A stretch of 64,000 nt of DNA from a candidate division WOR-3 bacterium (GTDB lineage Bacteria; Hydrothermota; Hydrothermia; B15-G9; WFZT01). The DNA is taken from the NCBI GenBank assembly GCA_027053075.1, contig JALUEE010000047.1, positions 84,082 to 148,081 on the forward strand, written 5' to 3'. Below are positions 28,766-38,673 of this stretch, piece by piece. Under the pieces are notes generated by a model, which was not told the origin of the DNA, ran no database searches, and saw nothing but the letters and a program-made list of their open reading frames with translations. Made by a program: the position numbers and the translations under genes. Within the stretch, counting starts at the first letter, position 1. The number at the start of each line of letters is the position of its first letter.

Positions 28766-31182
28766 CCTTTTCTCTGGAATAATTTACGAAGGCTCCAGCG
28801 ACTGTGCCCGTTGGTCCGGTGGTAATACGAATAGTAGTATCTTTTATACTCCCTGTAGCGGTAACCTGAGGCATTAATTGAGAAGAAGTTTAAAACTATT
28901 CCAAGGACCTTTGCATCAACTCTTTCAAATAATTCGATAGACCTTTTAAGCATTTTTGTGCTTGTCCATCTGTGTCTTGCCACAAGGATCACGCCATCCA
29001 CAAGGGTACTGAGCTCTATTGAATCCGTAACGGGCATAAGTGGGGCACTGTCTATCACCACATACTCATACCTCCCCCTCATCTCCTCTATCACCCTCCT
29101 CATCCTCACACTTCCCAATAACTCCGATGGATTCGGCGGTATATGCCCACTCACCAAAACATCCAACCCCTCCACCTCACTCCCCCTTATCACTACCCCC
29201 AGCTCCGCCTCTCCTACTATCACCTCCGTTAACCCAGGCTCCCTCTCCATACCAAATATCTTATGCACCATCGGCCTCCTCAAATCCGCATCCACCAACA
29301 ACACCCTCTTCCCCATCTGCGCCATCACTATCCCTAAATTCGACGCCACCGTAGTCTTACCCTCCCCCGCTCCACTACTCGTCACCAATATCACCCTCAC
29401 CTCCTCCCCAGCTCCACTAAACCTTATGTTCGTCCTTATCCCCTTGAACGCCTCCGCCGTCGGCGACATCGCATCATACTGCGTCACCAACCTCTCCCTT
29501 ACATCCTTACCTCCCATCTCCGGCACTGACCCTATCACCGGCACCCCCAGTACACTCTCCACCTCCTCCGGACCCCTCACACTCGTATCCATGTACTCCT
29601 CCACAAACGCCAAACCTAACCCCAACATCAATCCCAGTATTATCCCCAATATTATGTTCAACCTCTTCCTCGGCTTCACAGGACTCACCGGCGGATACGC
29701 AGGGTCTATTATCTTCGCATCCGACGTCTGCTTCGCCGCAGCTATCCTCGCCTCCTCCAACTTCGATAACAACATCGAATACACCGCCCTACCAGCATCC
29801 ACCTTCCTCTGTAACTCCGCTAACCTCACCTCATGCCCCGGCAATCCCTTTAACTTCCTGTCCTCCTCCTCTATCAACCTGTTCAACGCCTTTAACTTCC
29901 CCTCCAACGCACTTATCTGCGTCTGCGACTCTATTATCCCCCCCACTATCTTCTGAAATATCGGGTCCGCTACACTCGGCCCCTCCTTCACTATCTTCCC
30001 TATCGCCTCCCTCAACTGCTCCCTCGTCGCCTCTATCTGCCTCTCCACCTGCACCACATCCGGATGTGACTCCGTATACTCCTCCAATAACTTCGCCCTC
30101 TCCAACTCCAACTCCGTTAACTTACTCTTCAACTCCTGTATGTATGGATTCGAACTCAACTCCGGTAATGACGCTATCCTCTTGTACTTCCCATACTCCC
30201 CCCTGCTCGAACTCGCCTGCCTCCTCAAATTCTCCAGCTGTATCTTCAACGACGCTATCTGGGTCTCTACATCGCTCTTCTCCGCCTCAAGAGAGCTTAT
30301 GTTAGATATCAAATTCTTCGCGGTCTCATCCAGGAGGAATATACCTGTTTTTTCCTTGAAATCCTTGAGTTCATTCTCGGATTTTCTTAGCTCGGCCTCG
30401 ACCTTCTTCAGCTGTTCTTCGATAAACTCTTTGGTTTTCAGAGCGTCCTCTTTCCCCAGATACAACGTGTATCTCACGTACTCCTCCGCCACCGCATTGG
30501 CAATCCTGGCAGATGAATCAGGCGAGTGCGTTCTTACCTTAATTTCAGCAAGATTGGTATTACCATACTGTTTGACTTTGATCTTCGATGCAAAGGATTT
30601 TGCCATAGAGTAAGGATGTTTCACTTTGAATTTAAATCCATTCCCGAGACCAGCTCCAAGAAGCCTAAATGAGAAATCCTTTGTTTTAAAAACTTTCCCA
30701 ACCTCACCCTCGCCAATGAGTTCCCCGGAAGCCTTAAAAACTTTAAATCTCTGGTTATCTTTGAATTCTACCCTATAAACACCTGTAGCGGGACTGAGAG
30801 ACGAGGAAGTGGAATCAACGGCCACTCCTCTGGGAAACTTTAAATTCATTCCCAGCCTCGCAAGCACACGACTATTTATGCTCCTCGATTTTATGATCTT
30901 TATCTGGGTAGCAATTGGGTCATAGATGTAAGCTGGTTCTGGAGAAACTTCGGGAACAACGGTTACAAAAGTTTTTGAGATCGAAAGAGAGACTATAGAG
31001 GTGGCCTCATAAGTGGGCTTAGAGAATTCGTTAAAAAGAATTACACCAGTAATTACCGCCAGAAGGGTGAGGAAAATTGTTTTCCATCTACGGACAAGAA
31101 CATCTAAAATATCACTGAGGGTTATCTCATCATAAAGGTCTCCATCAAGGGAAATATTACTTTTTCCGTTTCCGGAATACAT
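28762..31182 (-). CDS. wzc: Polysaccharide co-polymerase / BY-kinase (Wzc/GumC-CpsD fusion), copy A
   Basis: Two TM segments, coiled coil, GAGEGKTT, LLVDADLRRP and VVIDSAP motifs, Tyr-rich tail. Confidence 0.9.
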   Translation of the reverse strand: MYSGNGKSNISLDGDLYDEITLSDILDVLVRRWKTIFLTLLAVITGVILFNEFSKPTYEATSIVSLSISKTFVTVVPEVSPEPAYIYDPIATQIKIIKSRSINSRVLARLGMNLKFPRGVAVDSTSSSLSPATGVYRVEFKDNQRFKVFKASGELIGEGEVGKVFKTKDFSFRLLGAGLGNGFKFKVKHPYSMAKSFASKIKVKQYGNTNLAEIKVRTHSPDSSARIANAVAEEYVRYTLYLGKEDALKTKEFIEEQLKKVEAELRKSENELKDFKEKTGIFLLDETAKNLISNISSLEAEKSDVETQIASLKIQLENLRRQASSSRGEYGKYKRIASLPELSSNPYIQELKSKLTELELERAKLLEEYTESHPDVVQVERQIEATREQLREAIGKIVKEGPSVADPIFQKIVGGIIESQTQISALEGKLKALNRLIEEEDRKLKGLPGHEVRLAELQRKVDAGRAVYSMLLSKLEEARIAAAKQTSDAKIIDPAYPPVSPVKPRKRLNIILGIILGLMLGLGLAFVEEYMDTSVRGPEEVESVLGVPVIGSVPEMGGKDVRERLVTQYDAMSPTAEAFKGIRTNIRFSGAGEEVRVILVTSSGAGEGKTTVASNLGIVMAQMGKRVLLVDADLRRPMVHKIFGMEREPGLTEVIVGEAELGVVIRGSEVEGLDVLVSGHIPPNPSELLGSVRMRRVIEEMRGRYEYVVIDSAPLMPVTDSIELSTLVDGVILVARHRWTSTKMLKRSIELFERVDAKVLGIVLNFFSINASGYRYREYKRYYYSYYHRTNGHSRWSLRKLFQRKG
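29024..30503. repeat. 1480-bp direct repeat, copy 1 (within wzc A)
   Basis: Aligns without gaps to 31452-32931 (offset 2428). Confidence 0.95.
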
Positions 31183-33616
31183 TCAAAAGTTTCTCCCAAA
31201 GTGAGGACTTTTTCTTGTGACCATCACCGTAATAGTAGTGGTAATAGTGATAGTAACGGTATTTCCCGTACTTTCCATATTTGTAATAATAGTACCTCCT
31301 CCTGAGGTTTATACCGTTGTAAACCACGCCAATCAATTTTCCACCGAACCTCCTGAGTTGCTCAACAGCTCTTTTTAGGACTTCTCTATCAGTTATTCCA
31401 TCTCTAACAACCATGATAACACCATCCACAACCGGACTTAGTTCCATGGTGTCCGTAACGGGCATAAGGGGGGCACTGTCTATCACCACATACTCATACC
31501 TCCCCCTCATCTCCTCTATCACCCTCCTCATCCTCACACTTCCCAATAACTCCGATGGATTCGGCGGTATATGCCCACTCACCAAAACATCCAACCCCTC
31601 CACCTCACTCCCCCTTATCACTACCCCCAGCTCCGCCTCTCCTACTATCACCTCCGTTAACCCAGGCTCCCTCTCCATACCAAATATCTTATGCACCATC
31701 GGCCTCCTCAAATCCGCATCCACCAACAACACCCTCTTCCCCATCTGCGCCATCACTATCCCTAAATTCGACGCCACCGTAGTCTTACCCTCCCCCGCTC
31801 CACTACTCGTCACCAATATCACCCTCACCTCCTCCCCAGCTCCACTAAACCTTATGTTCGTCCTTATCCCCTTGAACGCCTCCGCAGTCGGTGACATCGC
31901 ATCATACTGCGTCACCAACCTCTCCCTCACATCCTTACCTCCCATCTCTGGCACCGACCCTATCACCGGCACACCAAGTACACTCTCTACCTCCTCCGGT
32001 CCCCTCACACTCGTATCCATGTACTCCTCCACAAACGCCAAACCTAACCCCAACATCAATCCCAATATTATCCCCAATATTATGTTCAACCTCTTCCTCG
32101 GCTTCACCGGACTCACCGGCGGATACGCAGGGTCTATTATCTTCGCATCCGACGTCTGCTTCGCCGCCGCTATCCTCGCTTCCTCTAATTTTGATAACAA
32201 CATCGAATACACCGCTCTTCCCGCATCCACCTTTCTCTGTAATTCCGCTAACCTCACCTCATGTCCCGGCAACCCCTTTAACTTCCTGTCCTCCTCCTCT
32301 ATTAACCTGTTTAATGCCTTCAACTTCCCCTCCAACGCACTTATCTGCGTCTGCGACTCTATTATACCCCCCACTATCTTCTGAAATATCGGGTCCGATA
32401 CACTCGGCCCCTCCTTCACTATCTTCCCTATCGCCTCCCTCAACTGCTCCCTCGTCGCCTCTATCTGCCTCTCCACCTGCACCACATCCGGATGTGACTC
32501 CGTATACTCCTCCAATAACTTCGCCCTCTCCAACTCCAACTCCGTTAACTTACTCTTCAACTCCTGTATGTATGGATTCGAACTCAACTCCGGTAATGAC
32601 GCTATCCTCTTGTACTTCCCATACTCCCCCCTGCTCGAACTCGCCTGCCTCCTCAAATTCTCCAGCTGTATCTTCAACGACGCTATCTGGGTCTCTACAT
32701 CGCTCTTCTCCGCCTCAAGAGAGCTTATGTTAGATATCAAATTCTTCGCGGTCTCATCCAGGAGGAATATACCTGTTTTTTCCTTGAAATCCTTGAGTTC
32801 ATTCTCGGATTTTCTTAGCTCAGCCTCGACCTTTTTCAGCTGTTCTTCGATAAACTCTTTGGTCTTCAGTGCATCCTCTTTCCCCAGATACAACGTGTAC
32901 CTCACGTACTCCTCCGCCACAGCATTGGCAAGGTCAGCGGCCTTTTTAGGTGATGTTGAGCGCATCTTTATTATAGCGAGATCCGTCTTTCCCTTCTGCA
33001 TCACCTTTATTCGACGGCTGAATCCCTGGGCGACTCTGTAGGGTAAAAGGACTGAAAAAGTAAATGAATCGGGATGCTTCTTCAAAAATTTCTTTGAAAA
33101 GCCAACGATTCTAAATCTAATTCCATCAGTTGAAAAAACCTCACCTATCTTGCCGGTTCCTATTTTTTTATTGTCCGAGGAATAAACTACTAACTGGTCA
33201 TTACCTATAAATTTTACCCTGTACTCCCCAGTCTCAGGCGCAATTGCCGACCATGTGGAATCTACCTTGACTCCTTCAGGAAATCTCAGGTTTATCCCAT
33301 ACTTGGCCACCACATTTCTTGCTATGGTCTTGGATTTTATGATTTCGATCTGACTTTGCACAGGGTCCACTGAGCGTGCGGTAGGTGATATTTCTGGAAG
33401 CACTGACACAGATGTCTCTTTAATTGCCAGCTTAACCATAGAAGAGGCTTCGTAAACCGGTGTGGAAAGGTAAGATATGACCACCGCGATAACGGTTACA
33501 AAAACTGTAACCACAACGATTGTTTTTAGCCTTCTCAGGATAACATCTATGATATCCCCAAGACTTATTTCTTCTTCCTGAAATCCGTTATTCTGCACCT
33601 CATTATTTAATTCCAT
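31157..33616 (-). CDS. wzc: Polysaccharide co-polymerase / BY-kinase (Wzc type), copy B
   Basis: Same motifs as copy A; tail RRRYYYYKYGKYGKYRYYHYYHYYYG; AGGAGG RBS. Confidence 0.9.
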   Translation of the reverse strand: MELNNEVQNNGFQEEEISLGDIIDVILRRLKTIVVVTVFVTVIAVVISYLSTPVYEASSMVKLAIKETSVSVLPEISPTARSVDPVQSQIEIIKSKTIARNVVAKYGINLRFPEGVKVDSTWSAIAPETGEYRVKFIGNDQLVVYSSDNKKIGTGKIGEVFSTDGIRFRIVGFSKKFLKKHPDSFTFSVLLPYRVAQGFSRRIKVMQKGKTDLAIIKMRSTSPKKAADLANAVAEEYVRYTLYLGKEDALKTKEFIEEQLKKVEAELRKSENELKDFKEKTGIFLLDETAKNLISNISSLEAEKSDVETQIASLKIQLENLRRQASSSRGEYGKYKRIASLPELSSNPYIQELKSKLTELELERAKLLEEYTESHPDVVQVERQIEATREQLREAIGKIVKEGPSVSDPIFQKIVGGIIESQTQISALEGKLKALNRLIEEEDRKLKGLPGHEVRLAELQRKVDAGRAVYSMLLSKLEEARIAAAKQTSDAKIIDPAYPPVSPVKPRKRLNIILGIILGLMLGLGLAFVEEYMDTSVRGPEEVESVLGVPVIGSVPEMGGKDVRERLVTQYDAMSPTAEAFKGIRTNIRFSGAGEEVRVILVTSSGAGEGKTTVASNLGIVMAQMGKRVLLVDADLRRPMVHKIFGMEREPGLTEVIVGEAELGVVIRGSEVEGLDVLVSGHIPPNPSELLGSVRMRRVIEEMRGRYEYVVIDSAPLMPVTDTMELSPVVDGVIMVVRDGITDREVLKRAVEQLRRFGGKLIGVVYNGINLRRRYYYYKYGKYGKYRYYHYYHYYYGDGHKKKSSLWEKLLNVFRKRKK
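31452..32931. repeat. 1480-bp direct repeat, copy 2 (within wzc B)
   Basis: Aligns to 29024-30503. Confidence 0.95.
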
Positions 33617-33670
33617 CGGACAATCCTCCTGACTTATATTGCTTTATTATTTCATAGACAAAACAAGTGG

Positions 33671-36600
33671 TCAATGTTTTCTTCTTCGTCTTCCCCGAGT
33701 CCTTTTCCGGGGCTTTTGCGCGACTGTTTCCACCTGCTGAACAGGTGTCACAGTCGTTGTTGTAGGTGCAGCAGGCTTTGCCACTGTAACGTTCCTCTCT
33801 CTGTATCTCTTGGGCATCTTTGGAACCTCAATACGGAATATCTTCATCACAGTCTCATTTCTTATGCGCATGAGCATATCTTCAAACATCCTGAAACTTT
33901 CTTGCTTATACTCCACCACAGGGTCCTTCTGCCCGTAAGCTCTAAGGAAGATGCCCTCTTTCAACATATCAAGGGAATAAAGATGCTCTCTCCACGCCGT
34001 ATCAAGGGTTGTAAGGAGCACGATGCGCTCGATCTCGCGCATCCTCTCGTCCCCAAAGGCTTCCTCTCGCTCTTCGTATAGCTTTCTCACCTGCTCAAGC
34101 ACAAAATCTCTAATTTCATCCTTGTTCTCAAATCTGGATATTTCGCTAAAATCTGCCAGAAACAGAAATCTCAGGTCTTCCTTGAGTCCCTCTAAATCCC
34201 ATTCATCTGGTGTGTCACCCTTCAAATATTCCTCGAGTTTCTCCTCTACTATATCCACCACAAATTCATCGAGTATTTTGTTCTTCAGGTTTTCCCCATC
34301 CAGGATACGATTTCTGAGCCCGTAAATCACTTCTCTCTGCTGATTCATCACGTCGTCAAACTCGAGGAGCCTTTTCCTGATCTCAAAATTTTGCATCTCC
34401 ACACGTTTTTGTGCACTTTCGAGCGCCCTGGTTACGAGCTTCGACTCAATCGGGCCCTCATCTGATTTACCCCACCTCTCCATCAGATCCATCACTTTAT
34501 CCGAGCCAAACAGTCTCAGCAAATCATCCTCGAGAGAGAGGAAAAATCGAGATGCTCCGGGATCACCCTGACGACCCGATCTTCCTCTAAGCTGATTATC
34601 AATCCTCCGCGATTCGTGTCTTTCAGTCCCGATTACATAAAGTCCACAAGGCACACCTTCCTCAATGCACTTTTTAGGGTCCATTGGGCATGTAATGCCA
34701 GGTCTTGGATTTTTCGTATTAATAGCACATTCGGGCTGGGGAAATTCCATCACTACGTGGTCACGCTGCTTGAGCCTCTCATCATACTTGTATAGCCCTG
34801 AGATCAGAACTACAGAACCTGGTTTCTTAAGACTTGTGAGAATTTTCTCAACTATCTGGTCAACCGTATTATTCTCATCAGGTCTCATGCTGATGTAAGT
34901 GTACCTTATGTCATTCTTCTCAAAAAGATACTGGAGGTTTGGAATATCCCCATCAGTTTCGGGGATGACAAGAACCGATTTTCCCTGACTCACGTACTCT
35001 TTAATCTTTTTGAGTCTTTCCTCGTGCACAAGGTCATAGGCTTTTACCACGCCGGGGCCGAGCTTGATGTCTGTACCACGCCCTGCCATGTTGGTCGCAA
35101 TGGTAACAGCCCCTCTCTGTCCAGCGCGAGCAACAATATGCGCCTCACGCTCGTGATGCTTTGCGTTCAATACCTGATGTGGTATCTTCCTCCTCTGCAG
35201 AAGTCTCGATAGGAGTTCGGAAACCTCCACAGAGGTTGTACCGACAAGTATAGGTCTCCCTTTCTCATGCCATTTTACAATTTCATTAATGACTGCATCG
35301 TACTTCTCTTTTTTGGTCTTGAAAATAAGGTCAGGAAAATCAACCCTTCTTACGGGTTTATTCGTGGGAATAGAAACCACATCTAATTTGTAAATCTCCC
35401 AGAACTCAGCCGCCTCAGTAGCAGCAGTTCCAGTCATTCCGGCAAGTTTCTCATACATCCTGAAGTAGTTCTGAATGGTAATCGTGGCAAGGGTCTGCGT
35501 CTCCGCCTGAATCTTCACGCCTTCCTTTGCTTCAACCGCTTCATGAAGCCCGTCAGACCATCTTCTTCCGTGCATCAGCCTGCCTGTGAACTCGTCCACA
35601 ATAATGACCTTACCATCCATCACCACATAATCCACATCCTTCTCAAAAAGAGTATAAGCCTTGAGAAGCTGATTTATGGCATGAATCTGATCAGTCTTTT
35701 GAGCATACTCCCTGTAAATTCTCTCTTTCTCGTAAAATTTCTCTCTTGCGTTGAGATCAGTCCTCTTATCAATCTCTGCTATCTCGATGGAGAGGTCCGG
35801 GAGTGTAAAAAGGTCTTTCCTCTTTTTCTGAATCTCATTTCTTCCCTTTTCTGTAATATCCACACTGTTTGATTTCTCATCGACAACGTAGTAAAGCTCC
35901 TCCTCATACTCTTTAATTTTCTTATCTTTCATGAGCTCCAGCTCTATCTTGTCGACCAGTTTCATCAAACCCGGCTGCTGGAGAAGTTTAAAGAGTTTCT
36001 TGGACTTGGGAGCTCCGCGTTTTGCAAGTAAAATTTTCAGTGCTGCCTCCCTCTCTTTGCCTTCTTTCAAAAGTCTTTCTGCTTCTGAAAGGAGACGGGT
36101 GACGATTAAAGTTTGCTTCCTTACGATATCGGCCACGATGGGTTTAACGTCTTTGTATTGATCAACAGACGAATGTTCCACAGGGCCTGAAATGATAAGA
36201 GGAGTCCTTGCCTCGTCAATAAGAATGGAGTCCACCTCATCGATGATCGCATAAAAATGTCCTCTCTGCACCCTGTGCTCTGGCTGATAGACCATATTGT
36301 CACGGAGATAATCAAACCCAAACTCGTTGTTTGTCCCGTAGGTAATATCTTTTTCATACTCTGGTTTTCTCTGCTCGGGTGTCATACCAGCCTGAATCAC
36401 ACCCACGGATAGGCCAAGAGACTCGTAAACTGGCCTCATCCATTCGCGGTCCCTTCGGGCAAGGTAGTCATTCACCGTAACAAGATGCACGCCCACGGGC
36501 TTTTCCTTGGTTCGCCCAATAAGCGCATTAAGGTAAAGAGGCATGGTGGCAACGAGTGTTTTACCTTCACCTGTAGCCATCTCCGCGATCTTACCCTGAT

Positions 36601-36922
36601 GCAGAACTATCGCACCAATCAGCTGAACGTCGAAGGGAATCATATTCCACTCTATGACCTCTCCTGTAACCTCCCACCTTTTTCCGACGAGTCTGCGGCA
36701 CGCCTCTTTAACAAGGGCAAAAGCCTCAGGAAGAACCTCGTCCGGATCCTCTCCCTCTCTCAACCTATGCTCAAAATCTTCGGTTTTCTTCAGCAGGTCT
36801 TCATCTTTGAGCCCTTTGTAGCCCTTGTAAATTTCATTTATCTCATCAACAATTGGCCATAGCTTTTTAATAACACGCTCATTTCGAGAACCAACAACTT
36901 TCTCGAGAAGGGTTTTGAACAT
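33671..36922 (-). CDS. secA: Preprotein translocase ATPase SecA
   Basis: MATGEGKTL, DEVDSILIDEARTPLIISG, ATNMAGRGTDI and RRIDNQLRGRSGRQGDPG motifs. Confidence 0.98.
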   Translation of the reverse strand: MFKTLLEKVVGSRNERVIKKLWPIVDEINEIYKGYKGLKDEDLLKKTEDFEHRLREGEDPDEVLPEAFALVKEACRRLVGKRWEVTGEVIEWNMIPFDVQLIGAIVLHQGKIAEMATGEGKTLVATMPLYLNALIGRTKEKPVGVHLVTVNDYLARRDREWMRPVYESLGLSVGVIQAGMTPEQRKPEYEKDITYGTNNEFGFDYLRDNMVYQPEHRVQRGHFYAIIDEVDSILIDEARTPLIISGPVEHSSVDQYKDVKPIVADIVRKQTLIVTRLLSEAERLLKEGKEREAALKILLAKRGAPKSKKLFKLLQQPGLMKLVDKIELELMKDKKIKEYEEELYYVVDEKSNSVDITEKGRNEIQKKRKDLFTLPDLSIEIAEIDKRTDLNAREKFYEKERIYREYAQKTDQIHAINQLLKAYTLFEKDVDYVVMDGKVIIVDEFTGRLMHGRRWSDGLHEAVEAKEGVKIQAETQTLATITIQNYFRMYEKLAGMTGTAATEAAEFWEIYKLDVVSIPTNKPVRRVDFPDLIFKTKKEKYDAVINEIVKWHEKGRPILVGTTSVEVSELLSRLLQRRKIPHQVLNAKHHEREAHIVARAGQRGAVTIATNMAGRGTDIKLGPGVVKAYDLVHEERLKKIKEYVSQGKSVLVIPETDGDIPNLQYLFEKNDIRYTYISMRPDENNTVDQIVEKILTSLKKPGSVVLISGLYKYDERLKQRDHVVMEFPQPECAINTKNPRPGITCPMDPKKCIEEGVPCGLYVIGTERHESRRIDNQLRGRSGRQGDPGASRFFLSLEDDLLRLFGSDKVMDLMERWGKSDEGPIESKLVTRALESAQKRVEMQNFEIRKRLLEFDDVMNQQREVIYGLRNRILDGENLKNKILDEFVVDIVEEKLEEYLKGDTPDEWDLEGLKEDLRFLFLADFSEISRFENKDEIRDFVLEQVRKLYEEREEAFGDERMREIERIVLLTTLDTAWREHLYSLDMLKEGIFLRAYGQKDPVVEYKQESFRMFEDMLMRIRNETVMKIFRIEVPKMPKRYRERNVTVAKPAAPTTTTVTPVQQVETVAQKPRKRTRGRRRRKH

Positions 36923-36993
36923 CTTTAGAATCGCCTCCTTGTCACATTAATTTTGAAAGATAAGAATTTTAGTCCTTCAATGCAAGGTTTATT

Positions 36994-37791
36994 CTACTTT
37001 TTCTTCTGTTGTCCCGCCTCCTGCTCCTCAAACTGTTTGATAGAAGATTTAAAAGAAACAAGCCAGTCGTCAACCTTGACGCTGTCAGGCAACACAAACT
37101 TTGTTGTATCAACCTTTGTCGTATCTATTGAAACCACTTCCTGTATAATCTTGCCTTTGGCATCCACAAGCTTTATTGGCAGGTTATTCCAGACATACAA
37201 TTTCGCCTGGACCTGCCCGGTTGAATCGTCCTTAATTTCGTAAATGTCACAGTTTAATCCGAGAATCTTCTCCTGTCCCACAGGCTTCAGGTTCTTGATA
37301 AAATCTTTGATTACAAGGCCCGTGGCTTCGGAATTTTTAAGTGCGTCTTTCTCCTGTGGAAGGCTGCTGATTAGGTGAGTTTTCGTGGCTTCACTTAGCT
37401 TACTCGAAACGATAATTTTTCTCATCTTTTCGATAACTCCCTCTGGATCGTTGGGGATTTTTGTTCCTCTCTTCGCCTGAAAATCAACGGAATAGATGTA
37501 CTCAGGAGTGACCATAGAAAGTGCTCTTGTCTCAACATTTTGACCGTTGTAATTCATCCTCGTTATGGTGTACCGAGCCTCCCGGGCTCCGTAATTATCA
37601 ATATATATATCCTGCTCCACAGAGATACCCGGGTGTATCTCTGATTTACTCACAATTGTTGCCTTTTCGAAAGTGTAAATTTTGCCACTTTTCTTTAAGG
37701 CCCCTTTGGCCTGGGTCTTTGATTTTCCCTGATTACAGGAAACTCCTGCAAGTATTATCAATGCCAGAATCGGCACCATTGCTTTTTTCAT
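36994..37791 (-). CDS. Hypothetical lipoprotein
   Basis: Lipobox-like AGVSC; GQEKILGLNCDIY motif; GGAGG RBS. Confidence 0.75.
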   Translation of the reverse strand: MKKAMVPILALIILAGVSCNQGKSKTQAKGALKKSGKIYTFEKATIVSKSEIHPGISVEQDIYIDNYGAREARYTITRMNYNGQNVETRALSMVTPEYIYSVDFQAKRGTKIPNDPEGVIEKMRKIIVSSKLSEATKTHLISSLPQEKDALKNSEATGLVIKDFIKNLKPVGQEKILGLNCDIYEIKDDSTGQVQAKLYVWNNLPIKLVDAKGKIIQEVVSIDTTKVDTTKFVLPDSVKVDDWLVSFKSSIKQFEEQEAGQQKKK

Positions 37792-37845
37792 GAAGAATTA
37801 CCTCCAGATGTTTTTGTCAAATATAAACCACAGGGGAGTTGCAAA

Positions 37846-38673
37846 TCAAATTTTCTCTAAATACTTCTTACGAAGCTCCTTTATCCTGTGGCGGTTTTTG
37901 AGAAAACGCGGAACCGAGGGCAGTATCTTACCCTCAAAATGCTCAATGACCTCCCTGTCTTCCCACCTGCGCTCAATATAAAACCAATTAATCTTTATCT
38001 CTCCATCCACTACCTCGAACCTTCCCTTGCTGCCACAAACGGCACATTCAACGGTATCCTTATCCACAAACCGAAACATGTTCTGACCGCAGGAGGGACA
38101 TACCTTTTCGTATACCGCTCCCTCACCTTCTACAATTAGCCTTCCAGCCTGATGTGCCCTCTTGATAACATCCTCGTCAAATAATACTTCTCCAGGCCCC
38201 TGACCGTACGCAATAAACTGGTCCACGATCCTGAATCCCAGCGAAAGCAAAAAGACTGCCATCTGCGGCAAAGTAAAGGCTTCCCAATCCTTTACCCCGG
38301 CAACACCGATAGCAACAGCAGGTTTTCCACTGTTTGGTCTCCCTATTCCGTACATGTAGGCCATGCCTCTATCGAGCAGCATTTTAAGGATTCCCGGAAC
38401 GCCAAGAATGTATGTGGGTGACCCGAGAACCAGGGCATCATGCTCACTTATGAGTCTATAAATTTTCATTGCATCATCCCTGTCGCTAAATATGCACTCT
38501 GAGTGCTTTATCACACAGTTTATACAACCTTCGCACGGATCAATCCTGTAGTCTGTTAATCTTATAAAATTTATCTCTGCTCCTCTCTCCCAGGCACCCA
38601 TCAGAGCCTCTTTAACAAGGAGCTCAGTATTGCCAAACCTCCTTGCACTTACTGATATACCAAGAACTTTCAC
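37846..38673 (-). CDS. Flavodoxin-like iron-sulfur flavoprotein with C-terminal Cys4 ribbon
   Basis: SARRFGNT, CEGCINC...C, GSPTY; CPSC...CAVC. Confidence 0.85.
   Translation of the reverse strand: MKVLGISVSARRFGNTELLVKEALMGAWERGAEINFIRLTDYRIDPCEGCINCVIKHSECIFSDRDDAMKIYRLISEHDALVLGSPTYILGVPGILKMLLDRGMAYMYGIGRPNSGKPAVAIGVAGVKDWEAFTLPQMAVFLLSLGFRIVDQFIAYGQGPGEVLFDEDVIKRAHQAGRLIVEGEGAVYEKVCPSCGQNMFRFVDKDTVECAVCGSKGRFEVVDGEIKINWFYIERRWEDREVIEHFEGKILPSVPRFLKNRHRIKELRKKYLEKI

Noticed and set aside
29024..32931. Diversity-generating retroelement template/variable repeat pair
   Set aside because: Repeat is far longer than a TR/VR, differences are synonymous and not adenine-specific, both copies are coding, and no reverse transcriptase is present
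28958..33041. Long plus-strand ORFs (332, 323, 280 and 157 aa), rich in Ser/Pro/Thr/Leu
   Set aside because: Antisense shadows of the wzc genes; the biased codon use removes stop codons on the opposite strand
34647..35056. SecA insertion as an intein
   Set aside because: No N-terminal Cys/Ser with C-terminal His-Asn, and no homing endonuclease motifs
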